Virus record (IMG/VR): IMGVR_UViG_2671180616_000002
Span: 4,542-68,541 of that record
Length of the DNA stretch: 64,000 nt
Reading direction: 5' to 3' (one strand)
DNA from: a virus
Lineage: Duplodnaviria; Caudoviricetes
A program made the position numbers and the translations under genes. A model generated the notes under the pieces. That model saw nothing but the letters and a program-made list of their open reading frames with translations, did not search any database and had not been told where the DNA came from. How positions within the stretch are numbered: position 1 is the stretch's first letter; every line of letters begins with the position of its first letter. This document shows positions 37,318 through 46,481 of the stretch, in pieces.

Positions 37318-38619
37318 GTGCAGCACGCGCGCACCTCTTGTCAGCTTCAGCACGTCCACACGCCCGATTCATGCGGGAATTTCCCCTCCACGGGTGGCAT
37401 CCCGTGCCAGATTCAGCCCGTCCGTGGCACTGCCCAGGACCTCGAGAACACCGCCTCCCGGCGCACCGGACCCCGCAAGTGGCTTCGCTCCGTGGAGTGG
37501 CTCATCAACGCCGGCGTCCACCCGAAGGCCAACTCGACGACGCTCGCTGTCGCCCAGGACCTCGCCACGCGCATGGACTACGACACCGGGCATGCTCGCT
37601 ACTGCCTCGAGGACACCGCCGCCCGGCTCGGCGTCGACCGGTCCACCGTCAAGCGGCACGTCGCCGTTCTGCGCGAGATGGGCTCCCTCGCCTGGGTCGT
37701 CCATGGCACCCGCAGGAACATCCGGGCAGTCCTCGGCATGAAGGGGTATGCCGCCACGGCGACCGTGTACGCCGCGGTCATCCCGGCCGTCTACGACCAC
37801 GCCATGGGCCACCGCATCGTCGGCACCGGGTACACGGCCAGGGTCGTCATCGACCAGCGTGACCAGCAGAATCCTGTGGATAACCCGCCTGTGGACAACC
37901 CTGCTAGTGGATCTTGTGCGCCCCCTTCCCTGTCTTTGGTAAACGAAGAGGGGAAGATTCAGATGGGGGGTGGTTTTAACTACACCCCGCGCGAGCGCGC
38001 GAGCCGCACAACCGCCGCATCCCCCTCCCTCCCCTCCACGAACAAAGACGGCAGCAGCAAGGACGGTGCCCCTCGCCGTAGCCCGCTTCAGGTAGCCCAG
38101 GACATTCGCATCGCCCGCCGCGTCCGCGCCCTGGTGACCTGGACCCAGAAGGAGGGACTGCGCCGCCTCGCCTACGTCCTGCGGCCGCTCATCGACCGCG
38201 GCCTGGACGGCGACGCCATCGCCTCCGAGCTGGACGGCATGTGCCTGGGCTGGACACCGAAGAAGCCGGCCGCGTACATCCGTACCGCCCTGGCCCTCGA
38301 GGCCGCCCGCCTCGCCGAGCAGGCCGCCGACCAGGAACGCCGGGACAGCGCAGCCTGGCGCCACCAGAACCCCGAGGACGTCGCGTCCCTCCAGCGCCTC
38401 TTCGGCCTCCCCGAGCAGCAGGAAGAGGAGCCCGTGCGCACCGACTACGACCGGCGCATGGCCCGCCTCAACTGGAACAACTGGATCGAAGTCATCAACC
38501 ACTACGAAGAAGACCCCGACGACGCCCTCGACCTGTACGGAACCCGCTTGATCGCATTCGCCATCGGCAAGGACTGCCAGGCCAAGGACCGCCAGGCCCG
38601 TCAGGAGGCATGGGTATGA
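37318..38619 (+). CDS. Replication initiator (winged-HTH Rep); start uncertain
   Basis: LEDTAARLGVDRSTVKRHVAVLREMGSL HTH, internal DnaA boxes, followed by DciA-like and parAB genes. Confidence 0.7.
   Translation: MQHARTSCQLQHVHTPDSCGNFPSTGGIPCQIQPVRGTAQDLENTASRRTGPRKWLRSVEWLINAGVHPKANSTTLAVAQDLATRMDYDTGHARYCLEDTAARLGVDRSTVKRHVAVLREMGSLAWVVHGTRRNIRAVLGMKGYAATATVYAAVIPAVYDHAMGHRIVGTGYTARVVIDQRDQQNPVDNPPVDNPASGSCAPPSLSLVNEEGKIQMGGGFNYTPRERASRTTAASPSLPSTNKDGSSKDGAPRRSPLQVAQDIRIARRVRALVTWTQKEGLRRLAYVLRPLIDRGLDGDAIASELDGMCLGWTPKKPAAYIRTALALEAARLAEQAADQERRDSAAWRHQNPEDVASLQRLFGLPEQQEEEPVRTDYDRRMARLNWNNWIEVINHYEEDPDDALDLYGTRLIAFAIGKDCQAKDRQARQEAWV
37875..37898 (-). promoter_or_regulatory. Two tandem DnaA boxes inside rep (putative origin)
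   Basis: TGTGGATAA (reverse complement TTATCCACA) at 37875-37883 and TGTGGACAA (TTGTCCACA) at 37890-37898; a relatively AT-rich tract follows. Confidence 0.75.
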
Positions 38620-39413
38620 CGCAGCCGACCACCACGCCGGCCTCCGGCCGGGACTTGGCCCGCCAAGCACTGGCCCAGGCAAGGGCCGCAGCCAAGACCG
38701 CCCCCGCCGTACGCAAGAAGACCGCCCGCCACAGCCGGACCGACCGCGGCACCGGCCGCGACCCCGTAGGCGTCGGCTCCCTCCTGGCCCAACTCAACGT
38801 CCAGGAGGAATGGAACCTCGCCCTGGACGGCGGCAGCATCCACGACCGGTGGGCCGGCCTGTGCCCCCAGTTCGTCGGCCTGGCGCAGCCCGAGGGCTTC
38901 GACGCCGAGCAGGGCATCCTCCGCCTCCGCCCCGGCTCCCACGTCTACGCCACACAGCTCCGCATGTACGAACGGCAAGTGATCAAGCAGATCAACACCA
39001 AGCTCGGCCGCACCGCCGTACGCCGTATCGTGGTCCTGCCCGTAGGCCCCATCGCCACGGCGCCCCCACCAGAACTCACCCCCGAACCGCGGCCAGAGCC
39101 GGGGCCGGTACGTACACGGGAGACAGCGTCAGCCGGTTACCGCAGGACCCTGCAAGCCGCCCTGGACAACAAGCCGGCCCGCGACCCCCACGCCACCGCC
39201 CTCGTCCAGGCCGCGATCGACCGGCAGAACCGGGCCCTCACCAACCCCGACCGCCGCGAACCCAAGGACGCCTTCAGCGACGCGGTCGCTGAACGCCAGC
39301 GGCTGACCTCCAGCCAGACCCGCAGCCGCGCCGACGCCATCCGCCAGGCCGCCCTCCACCAGAAGCACACCGGCGGCAAGACCATCCAGACCGCGTTCCA
39401 GCAGACCGCCTGA
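38616..39413 (+). CDS. dciA: DciA/DUF721-family helicase-loader-like protein
   Basis: SGRDLARQALAQARAAA...RDPVGVGSLL...W...IHDRW...GILRLRPGSHVYATQLR...INTKLG fits the actinobacterial DUF721 pattern. Confidence 0.78.
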   Translation: MTQPTTTPASGRDLARQALAQARAAAKTAPAVRKKTARHSRTDRGTGRDPVGVGSLLAQLNVQEEWNLALDGGSIHDRWAGLCPQFVGLAQPEGFDAEQGILRLRPGSHVYATQLRMYERQVIKQINTKLGRTAVRRIVVLPVGPIATAPPPELTPEPRPEPGPVRTRETASAGYRRTLQAALDNKPARDPHATALVQAAIDRQNRALTNPDRREPKDAFSDAVAERQRLTSSQTRSRADAIRQAALHQKHTGGKTIQTAFQQTA

Positions 39414-39428
39414 ACCCAGGAGACCGTC

Positions 39429-39581
39429 ATGCCCACCCAGCAGCAGCCCCGCCCCATACAGACCGTGGGAATCCCCCGGCCGCCCCAGCCCAACTACAGC
39501 GGGCTGTTCCTCGAGCCGGACCTGCCGGACGGTCCTGAAGACGAAGATGAGGAAGAGGCGACTGTTGCAACCTTCGGGTGA
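39429..39581 (+). CDS. 50-aa acidic-tailed peptide
   Basis: AGGAG RBS; MPTQQQPRP...DGPEDEDEEEATVATFG*. Confidence 0.4.
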   Translation: MPTQQQPRPIQTVGIPRPPQPNYSGLFLEPDLPDGPEDEDEEEATVATFG

Positions 39582-39730
39582 ACGTATCCAGTTCTGACGA
39601 TGCGGGACTGACGTGGCGGTAGCGTGGCTCGTGCCGGACAGCATCGGAGGGCCGGCCGCGGATGAGCGTCAGGCGCCTGGCCTCGATCCGGTATCCAGAG
39701 GGTGTGGGGCGCCCACTCCGAACAGCAAAG

Positions 39731-39763
39731 AAGCCGTCCCGGCCGTACGCCGGGGCGGCTTTT
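39731..39763. terminator. Intrinsic terminator (possibly bidirectional)
   Basis: AAGCCGTCCCGGC-CGTAC-GCCGGGGCGGCTT-TT. Confidence 0.7.
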
Positions 39764-39869
39764 GCGTTGGTTCAGCAAGGAGCTGGCTCAGCCACCATGC
39801 GAGTGAAACGTCATCGCAAACGACGAACCGGATGCCTCCCCCCACCAGAGGAGTCAGTAAGGTGACGCC

Positions 39870-41030
39870 ATGGCCTCTCCCTACCCTGATGGCGACCGGG
39901 AAAAGGTGGCGTCCAAGCTGCCCCCGGCCCTTCGTCAAGAACTCAAGATCCGCGCAGCCGAACTCGGCCTGGACATCCAGGACGCCGTCACCACCGCAGT
40001 CACGGACTGGCAGCAACTGCCCGGCGCCACGCCCGTCGTCGACACCGCAGGCTCCGACTCCTTCAGCACGTGGCTCCCCGCCGGGCTGTACGACGCCTTC
40101 AAGGTGACTTGCACTGAGCGGGATGTCTCCTACACCCAGGGCCTCGCCCAGTCCGTACGGCGGTGGCTGGACGCCAATCCCTCACCCAGCCACCGCCCCG
40201 CCACCGGCGCCCCCCAGCGGAAAATTGTCTGCAACCAGAAGGGCGGTGTCGGCAAGACCGCGGTGTCCGCCGGCATCGCCCAGGCATACGCCGAGGAAGG
40301 CAAGCGGGTCCTCCTCGTCGACTACGACCCCCAGGGCCACCTCAGCGAGCAACTCGCCATCCCGCAGATCCAGCCCGGTCACGACAGCCTCGTCTCTCAC
40401 ATGTGCGAGGAGGGCAAGGGCGATCTGCGCGACCTCGTCATGGTCATAGACGATCCGCGGTTCGAGAAGCGCCTGCACATTCTGCCCGCATGCTTCGACG
40501 GCTTTCTCCTCGATGCAAAGATCGCCATCCATGCCATGAACAAACGCGGAGCGCAGAAAGAGACCGCCCTCGAGCGCGCACTCGCCCCGCTCGAAGCCGA
40601 CTTCGACGTCATCGTCATCGACTGCCCGCCCAGCCTCGGCATCGCTATGGACGCAGCCCTCTACTACGGGCGCCGTCGCCAGGGGGAGCCCAGCGGTGTC
40701 TCCGGCATCATCATCCCCGTCCTCGCCGAAGACTCCTCCGCCACCGCCTACTCGATGCTCGCCGGCCAGATCGAAGACATCCGCTCCGACCTCGGCCTCG
40801 ACATCGACTACCTCGGCCTGGTCGTCAATCTCTACGACAGCCGCCGCGGATTCGTCGCAACCTCCTCCCTCAAGCAGTGGCGCGACATCGGCGACCCCCG
40901 CGTCCTTGCCGTCATCGGCGACCTGAAGGAGCAGCGCGAAGCCGTCCGCATGACCAAGCCCCTGCTGTCCTACGCACCGCGGTCCGACCAGGCTGAGGCC
41001 ATGCGGCAGATCGCGAGGCTGGCGTCATGA
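39870..41030 (+). CDS. parA: ParA partition ATPase with N-terminal tandem RHH domains
   Basis: NQKGGVGKT, LLVDYDPQG, IVIDCPPSLG; N-terminus has two RHH-like units. Confidence 0.93.
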   Translation: MASPYPDGDREKVASKLPPALRQELKIRAAELGLDIQDAVTTAVTDWQQLPGATPVVDTAGSDSFSTWLPAGLYDAFKVTCTERDVSYTQGLAQSVRRWLDANPSPSHRPATGAPQRKIVCNQKGGVGKTAVSAGIAQAYAEEGKRVLLVDYDPQGHLSEQLAIPQIQPGHDSLVSHMCEEGKGDLRDLVMVIDDPRFEKRLHILPACFDGFLLDAKIAIHAMNKRGAQKETALERALAPLEADFDVIVIDCPPSLGIAMDAALYYGRRRQGEPSGVSGIIIPVLAEDSSATAYSMLAGQIEDIRSDLGLDIDYLGLVVNLYDSRRGFVATSSLKQWRDIGDPRVLAVIGDLKEQREAVRMTKPLLSYAPRSDQAEAMRQIARLAS

Positions 41031-42184
41031 GCAAGGCCGACATGCTCGGCGCCTCCACCGCCTTCAGCCAGGCCGGCGCCGCCCGCAGTGCTCGCCGCAC
41101 TCTGATCGACCAGACCATGGGCGTCGACACGAGCGCCCCTGGTCCCCTGCTGAATCTGCGGGACATCGCAGACAACCCGGAGAACCCCCGCGGCCACATC
41201 GACACGAATGCCCCCGACTTCCAGGCCCTCGTGGAGAGCATCGCCGAGATCGGCGTCACCAGCCCCATCTCCGTATGCCGCGCGGAAGCGTTCCTCGAGC
41301 ACCACCCCGAACACCGGGAAGCAGTCGGCGACCGCAAGTACGTCCTGCTCGCCGGCCACCGCCGCGTCACCGCGGCACGCCTGGCCCACCGCCACACCGT
41401 GCCCGCCCAAGTTGATGACACCGGCGCCGACGAGCCCCTGGTGTGGGCCCTTGCAGAGAACGGCTTGCGCGCCGACCTCAACCCGATGCAGCAAGCGCGC
41501 ACCCTGAAGAAGCTGACCGACAAGCCCCCACTGGGCAAGGGAATGTCCCAGAGCAAGGTGGGCAGGTCCATCGGCCGGAGCCAGCCCAACATCTCCCAGC
41601 TGCTGAGCCTGCTGAAGCTGGCGCCCGAGTTGCAGGACCTGATCGAAAGCGGCGAGCTCAAGCAAGGGGAGGTCCGCCCCTGGGTCAAGCTCCCCTACGA
41701 CGCCCAACTGGCTGCCTACCAGCAGTTCCGTGAGCAGGCCAGCAAGCCGTCCGCGGCCGCAACCCAGACGCCAGACGACCTTGAGCGGCCCGTACTCCCC
41801 ACCCAGACCCATAACTCAGTTATGACTTCCGGGCCTGGGGAAGCCGCCGGACGCCCTGCCGCAGGACCCGCCACTCCGGACCCGACCCATAACTCAGTTA
41901 TGGGTCTGCCTCACCCGCCGGCCGACAGTGAGGCAGCTCCATCGGCTCCCATCCCGGCGCCAACCCATAACTCAGTTATGGGTTCGACGGCCGAGACGAA
42001 GAATCCCGAGCCCGCAAAACCCGCTCACACCCATAACTCAGTTATGGATCAGCCTGGGGACGCGCAGGGCGTGGACGCCCTTCCCTGGGACGGCGAACCC
42101 GCGGTGCTGGGCAAGGCGCTGGCCGAGCGGGTGGGCAAGGAGAAGCTCCCGGCCCTGATCGATGTCCTGATGGGACTGTGCTGA
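41027..42184 (+). CDS. parB: ParB partition protein
   Basis: NPENPR, LVESIAEIGV, LLAGHRR, ENGLRADLNPM, HTH MSQSKVGRSIGRSQPNISQLL. Confidence 0.92.
   Translation: MSKADMLGASTAFSQAGAARSARRTLIDQTMGVDTSAPGPLLNLRDIADNPENPRGHIDTNAPDFQALVESIAEIGVTSPISVCRAEAFLEHHPEHREAVGDRKYVLLAGHRRVTAARLAHRHTVPAQVDDTGADEPLVWALAENGLRADLNPMQQARTLKKLTDKPPLGKGMSQSKVGRSIGRSQPNISQLLSLLKLAPELQDLIESGELKQGEVRPWVKLPYDAQLAAYQQFREQASKPSAAATQTPDDLERPVLPTQTHNSVMTSGPGEAAGRPAAGPATPDPTHNSVMGLPHPPADSEAAPSAPIPAPTHNSVMGSTAETKNPEPAKPAHTHNSVMDQPGDAQGVDALPWDGEPAVLGKALAERVGKEKLPALIDVLMGLC
41810..42046. repeat. Four identical 15-bp palindromes CATAACT-C-AGTTATG inside parB (candidate parS array)
   Basis: Copies start at 41810, 41888, 41966 and 42032; each lies in the same frame, within a THNSVM peptide repeat. 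Confidence 0.9.
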
Positions 42185-42199
42185 CCGCAGCGATGTAAG

Positions 42200-42247
42200 A
42201 CGGCCTCGTTCTCCTGCTTGTCGCAGGGGAGCGGGGCCGCTTCTTTA
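42200..42247 (+). terminator. Terminator after parAB
   Basis: CGGCCTCGTTCTCCTGC-TTGTC-GCAGGGGAGCGGGGCCG-CTTCTTT. Confidence 0.7.
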
Positions 42248-42677
42248 CGTGGGCCACTTTTCGGACGAGAATGCGCGCCTTGCCGGGGTAAATCCGCAGG
42301 GGCCTAAAGCCAGCCCGGGCCGGTGCTGCACAAGCCTTCCGCCGTGGCGAGTCCCGGCGCTACACTGCCCGTGTTGTACACGTCATGAGCCAGCGCTTCG
42401 GCGCAGGGCCGTGAGGTCTCGCGCCCCCGGCGCGCAGGTGGGTATTGTCGGCAAAACTCTGCCCCCTGCATACCGGGGGCGTTTGTGTGCCCGCCCCACC
42501 ACAGCCCGTAGTAAACGGCCGGAATCCGCTCGCAACCTGATCACGGAGCCATCAAAAGCCCGCCGCGACTCCCACAGCACGGGTTCCAGATGTCACAGTG
42601 GCCGTCCGGGGTTGGCTGGCAGACCCGCCCTGGGCCAGCCAGGCGCCCCTTCCCTCTCTGCCATGAGCGGAGCCCTC

Positions 42678-43052
42678 ATGCCCGGAGATCCTGCCGGCCC
42701 TATCGAGGCGGGCCCCATGCCCCGCCGCCCCGGCACCGTCACCCACCTCCACGACCGGCGACCACCCAGGTCACTCAATTCCGGCGGACCACCGGGGGGC
42801 CAGCCGGCCCCGGGGGCCCGGACACCGGTACCGGACAGCCGGCTGACCGAGCTCGTCCAGGCGCTGTTTCTGCACCGCGACCTGTCCCTCGCCGACCGGG
42901 ACACGGCCGCAGCGTTCTTCGCCTCGCTCGAGGCGGTGGAAGTCCTCGTCGACGGGGCGGCCGCCGTGGGGCAGATCGAAGAGGAGCAGCAGCTCGTCAT
43001 GCGCGGCCACATCCAGGCCCTGCGGGACGTACCCGTACAGTTCGGGACCTGA
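42678..43052 (+). CDS. Hypothetical protein (start uncertain)
   Basis: Codon bias improves from about 42680; GGAG upstream. Confidence 0.45.
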   Translation: MPGDPAGPIEAGPMPRRPGTVTHLHDRRPPRSLNSGGPPGGQPAPGARTPVPDSRLTELVQALFLHRDLSLADRDTAAAFFASLEAVEVLVDGAAAVGQIEEEQQLVMRGHIQALRDVPVQFGT

Positions 43053-43264
43053 GGTGATGGTGAGCCAGATGTGACGGCCCGGCAACAGCCCGTGCATATG
43101 CCTAGATCAAATCGCACAACTCGTTCAACACTGGCCCACCGCGTGCCACTATGGGTCGTCCGGAACAGCACCCGGAGTGACAGCCTCCGGCCTCCCGGGC
43201 GCGCGCGCTTCCCCCAAAAGCCACCCTGCGCCCATGGCAGGCCACGACGGAACGGGGAACCGCC

Positions 43265-43819
43265 ATGGGTAACAGCCGTACAGAGGACGCAGCCGTCCAA
43301 GCCAAGCTCGCCGGCCACCGGCTGCGCCTCCTGAAGGAGGTGTTCGTCACCCCGCCCCGCCAAGCCGACCCCGGCCGCCGGGCCCGCGCATCCACCCCGT
43401 CCACACCCATCCGCCCGGGCGTCCTCGACCACGCGGCCGCCTCGGTCGACGAGATCATCACGCACACCCGGGCCGAAGTCCCCCGCGTCTCACCCGCACC
43501 GCGCAACGACTCCGTGTACCAGTGGGCCCTCGACAACACCCGGCACCTGGACCCGGAACGCCAGCGCGCCCTGGACGCCAAGATCTACCAGCAGTCCCTG
43601 GAACACGCCCTGATGATGGGCGACGACCTCGCCATCCGGCGCCACAGCTGCCCCGCCTGCGGATGCTGGGGCCTCTTCTGGATGGCTGCCACCCAGGCCG
43701 CCGGCTGCGTCAACCGGCACTGCGCCGACAAAGACGGCCGCCCCAACACCTGGACGCTCCAGCAGCTCGCCGAACGCCACGTGAGCGCAGCAAATACTGC
43801 ACGCCGCAACGCAACCTGA
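43265..43819 (+). CDS. Zinc-ribbon-containing hypothetical protein
   Basis: CPACGCWGL...CVNRHC. Confidence 0.6.
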   Translation: MGNSRTEDAAVQAKLAGHRLRLLKEVFVTPPRQADPGRRARASTPSTPIRPGVLDHAAASVDEIITHTRAEVPRVSPAPRNDSVYQWALDNTRHLDPERQRALDAKIYQQSLEHALMMGDDLAIRRHSCPACGCWGLFWMAATQAAGCVNRHCADKDGRPNTWTLQQLAERHVSAANTARRNAT

Positions 43820-43967
43820 CAGGCCCCCCGGGGGTCTACTCAGCATCACCACCACTGCGCCCCAACCGCACCACCGCACCACCCGGGCCTCACCAGGGTC
43901 CGGTCGTATCACCCGTATCGGCCGCCGGAGCTGCGAACGATGGCCTCGTCGATGCTGGGAGCACGTC

Positions 43968-44198
43968 ATGGCCATACCGTCCCTCACCCCGTACGTTGCC
44001 CCCGACGACATGATCAGCCTTGAGGATTGCAGCGATCTGCTGAGGCAGACCGGCCACTCGAGGTCGCTGACAACGCTTCGCCGATGGATCGCTGAGCACC
44101 CCGACATGTGCAGCGAGCGGCGCCGCGGCGGGAAGATCTACGTGTCCTTCAGCGACATCCTCGTAGTGCACCGCGACGAAGTCCGCCGACGCGACTAA
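43968..44198 (+). CDS. Small MerR/excisionase-type HTH protein
   Basis: ISLEDCSDLL...SLTTLRRWI...GGKIYVSFSDI. Confidence 0.55.
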   Translation: MAIPSLTPYVAPDDMISLEDCSDLLRQTGHSRSLTTLRRWIAEHPDMCSERRRGGKIYVSFSDILVVHRDEVRRRD

Positions 44199-44213
44199 CA
44201 GCCCAGCCCAGTT

Positions 44214-44249
44214 CAGCCCCGTCCCGATGCCCGGGGGCGGGGCTGTTTT
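44214..44249 (+). terminator. Intrinsic terminator
   Basis: CAGCCCCGTCCC...GGGGCGGGGCTG-TTTT. Confidence 0.7.
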
Positions 44250-44261
44250 CATGACCAGTGC

Positions 44262-44299
44262 TTAAGTTATTGCGTACGTAGCGACTTACGGGCTATGGT
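44262..44299 (+). promoter_or_regulatory. Promoter with overlapping 28-bp palindromic operator, copy 3
   Basis: TTAAGTTATTGCGTACGTAGCGACTTAC; TTGCGT-N18-TATGGT. Confidence 0.8.
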
Positions 44300-44358
44300 G
44301 GTCGAGCCGACAAGGTCAGCCCCAAAAGGCAGACCGAGTAACCGAATTGAGGTCTGCC

Positions 44359-44697
44359 ATGACCGTCATCGACGATGCCCCCGCACTCCCCACCGTCATC
44401 CGCCGTGCCCAGCTGGAAACGGCCGTCCAGACAGCATTCGAAAAGCTCATGGACGACGCCGACACCGCAGCCGAACACCGCGAACTCACCAGCTACGGCC
44501 TCCTCCACGCACAAGCCGCCAACCTCATCGGCATCCGAACCCCCGCCTGCGGGGAACTGGCCCGCTGCACCTGCATGAAGTGCTACTGCGACGCCATCTT
44601 CGACGCCGCCAAAGCCCGCACCTACCTCGACGGCAGCGTGGAAGTCGTCCAGTGCGAGACCTGCGCTGGCGAACACCGCGGCACCGGCAACGAGTAG
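44359..44697 (+). CDS. Cys-rich hypothetical protein
   Basis: GAGG RBS; first gene after the promoter. Confidence 0.55.
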   Translation: MTVIDDAPALPTVIRRAQLETAVQTAFEKLMDDADTAAEHRELTSYGLLHAQAANLIGIRTPACGELARCTCMKCYCDAIFDAAKARTYLDGSVEVVQCETCAGEHRGTGNE

Positions 44698-44803
44698 CAC
44701 CCCCAAACCCCCGGCCCCGAGTCGAGTACCCCGCCCCCAGGGCGCGGCAGTAGCTCCCGGGGCCGGGTGCCCACCCTCACCACGCACGCACCGGGAGACC
44801 GCC

Positions 44804-45238
44804 ATGCCCAGGACCAGCACCGGCACCGTCCTCAACGTCACCTGCCAGCTCCTCAACTACTACGGCCTCGAGCGCCAGCTCATCGCCAACCCCGCCGACG
44901 GAGCGCTCAGCATCGAAGCCGCACTCTTCCGCGCCACCACCGACCGCACCCCCAACGCCTTCCTCGGCGACGACGCGCTCGCACAGCTGCTGATCGACAC
45001 CAACGAAACCGTCCAGGGCGCACTCCGCTGGATCTCCGCCGCCCTCCCCACCGACGCCCCCCACGACCCGAACACCGACATCGACGACCACCTCGAGCAC
45101 ATCCGCACCTGGGTCAACGACATCGACTTCTTCACCCAGCGCCAGCCGTCCGTGTCCGACGTCATCGGCGTCCTCAAGCGCGCCGCCCAGCTGGCGAACA
45201 CCCTCACCGACATCCCCGCCCCCCGCGCCGCCGCCTAA
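44804..45238 (+). CDS. Hypothetical protein
   Basis: GGGAG RBS, strong codon bias. Confidence 0.6.
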   Translation: MPRTSTGTVLNVTCQLLNYYGLERQLIANPADGALSIEAALFRATTDRTPNAFLGDDALAQLLIDTNETVQGALRWISAALPTDAPHDPNTDIDDHLEHIRTWVNDIDFFTQRQPSVSDVIGVLKRAAQLANTLTDIPAPRAAA

Positions 45239-45281
45239 CCCCCCACCGCCCACGCCCCAGCAGACGAAAGGCCCCACCCCA

Positions 45282-45587
45282 ATGACCACCATGACCCTCG
45301 CGCTCGGCCTCAACGGCGACCCGAACGATCAGGCCCGCGGCCGCGCCGACGCCTACGACGAGCACACGGCCGGCGCCGACCTCGAGACCCTCGAAACCCG
45401 CTACGAGTGGATGGCCGACCCCACCTCCGCGTACGCCGCCGACCAGCTCGTCAGCAGCGGCTACATCGACGGCTACCTCGCCTACATCCAGGACGTACGC
45501 GCCGGCCAGGTATACGCCACCCTGGTCGCCGCCCGCGACTACGCCGCCTGGGCCGCCCGCACCGACCGAAAGCCGGTCAGCCGATGA
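45282..45587 (+). CDS. Hypothetical protein
   Basis: Codon bias; ATGA overlap with the next gene. Confidence 0.55.
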   Translation: MTTMTLALGLNGDPNDQARGRADAYDEHTAGADLETLETRYEWMADPTSAYAADQLVSSGYIDGYLAYIQDVRAGQVYATLVAARDYAAWAARTDRKPVSR

Positions 45588-46378
45588 CCACCCGCCACGT
45601 CGTCATGTGGTCCGGCGGCATTACCAGCTGGGCCACCGCCCGCCACGTCATTGAACGGCACGGGGCGGCCAGCACGACGCTCCTCTTCGCGGACACACTC
45701 GTCGAGGACGAGGACCTGTACGCCTTCAACGAGCAGGCCAGCAAGCAGCTCGGCGTACCGATCACTCGCGTCGCTGACGGCCGCGACCCGTGGCAGGTCT
45801 TCGAGGACAAGCGCTGGCTCGGCAATACCCGCATCGCCCAGTGCTCGATGGAGCTGAAGCTCAAGCCGTGCAAGGTGTGGCTCGCAGCCAGCCCGAACCA
45901 CACGTTCGGCAACACGACGCTGTACGTCGGCATCGACTGGACTGAGACCGAGCGCATGCCCGCCATCGTCAAGGGCTGGGCGCCCTGGACCGTCGCCGCC
46001 CCGCTCACCGAGCCTCCGTACCGCGACAAGGCGCAGCTCCTCAACGAAGCCCGCGCGGCTGGCCTCATGCGGCCGAGGCTGTACCGGCTCGGCTTCGCTC
46101 ACAACAACTGCGGCGGAGCCTGCGTCAAGGGCGGCGTCGCCCAGTGGGTGCGCGTCCTTGAGGTCTTCCCCGAACGGTACGCCAGAGCCGAAGCCGCCGA
46201 AGTGAAGATGCGCGCCCTGCTCGGCAAGGACGTCTCAATCCTCCGCGACCGAACCGGCGGAACCACCACGCCGCTCACGCTCACCGCACTCCGAGCCCGC
46301 ATCGAGGAGCAGCCCGATCAGCTCGACCTGTTCGACGAAGGCGGCTGCGGCTGCTTCACCGAAGACGTCGCCGCATGA
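45584..46378 (+). CDS. PAPS-reductase-like adenine-nucleotide alpha-hydrolase
   Basis: PP-loop WSGGITS, LLFADT, LYRLGFAHNNCGGACVKGG, terminal GCGCF. Confidence 0.75.
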   Translation: MTTRHVVMWSGGITSWATARHVIERHGAASTTLLFADTLVEDEDLYAFNEQASKQLGVPITRVADGRDPWQVFEDKRWLGNTRIAQCSMELKLKPCKVWLAASPNHTFGNTTLYVGIDWTETERMPAIVKGWAPWTVAAPLTEPPYRDKAQLLNEARAAGLMRPRLYRLGFAHNNCGGACVKGGVAQWVRVLEVFPERYARAEAAEVKMRALLGKDVSILRDRTGGTTTPLTLTALRARIEEQPDQLDLFDEGGCGCFTEDVAA

Positions 46379-46481
46379 CCTGGCCCGAAGGCATCGCCGC
46401 CGCCATGATCGCCCTCTCCCAGCACGGCTTAGCCCCCCGCAACACCCCCAGCCCGCACGACCAGCCGGACGGAGACCCGTC

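Noticed and set aside
41810-42046. parB repeats as a CRISPR array
   Set aside because: Repeats are only 15-23 bp, spacers are 51-63 bp, the array is in frame inside a gene, and no cas genes are present.
42250-42670. Long intergenic region after parB as an ncRNA or tRNA locus
   Set aside because: No cloverleaf, clear repeat or convincing structure found by eye.
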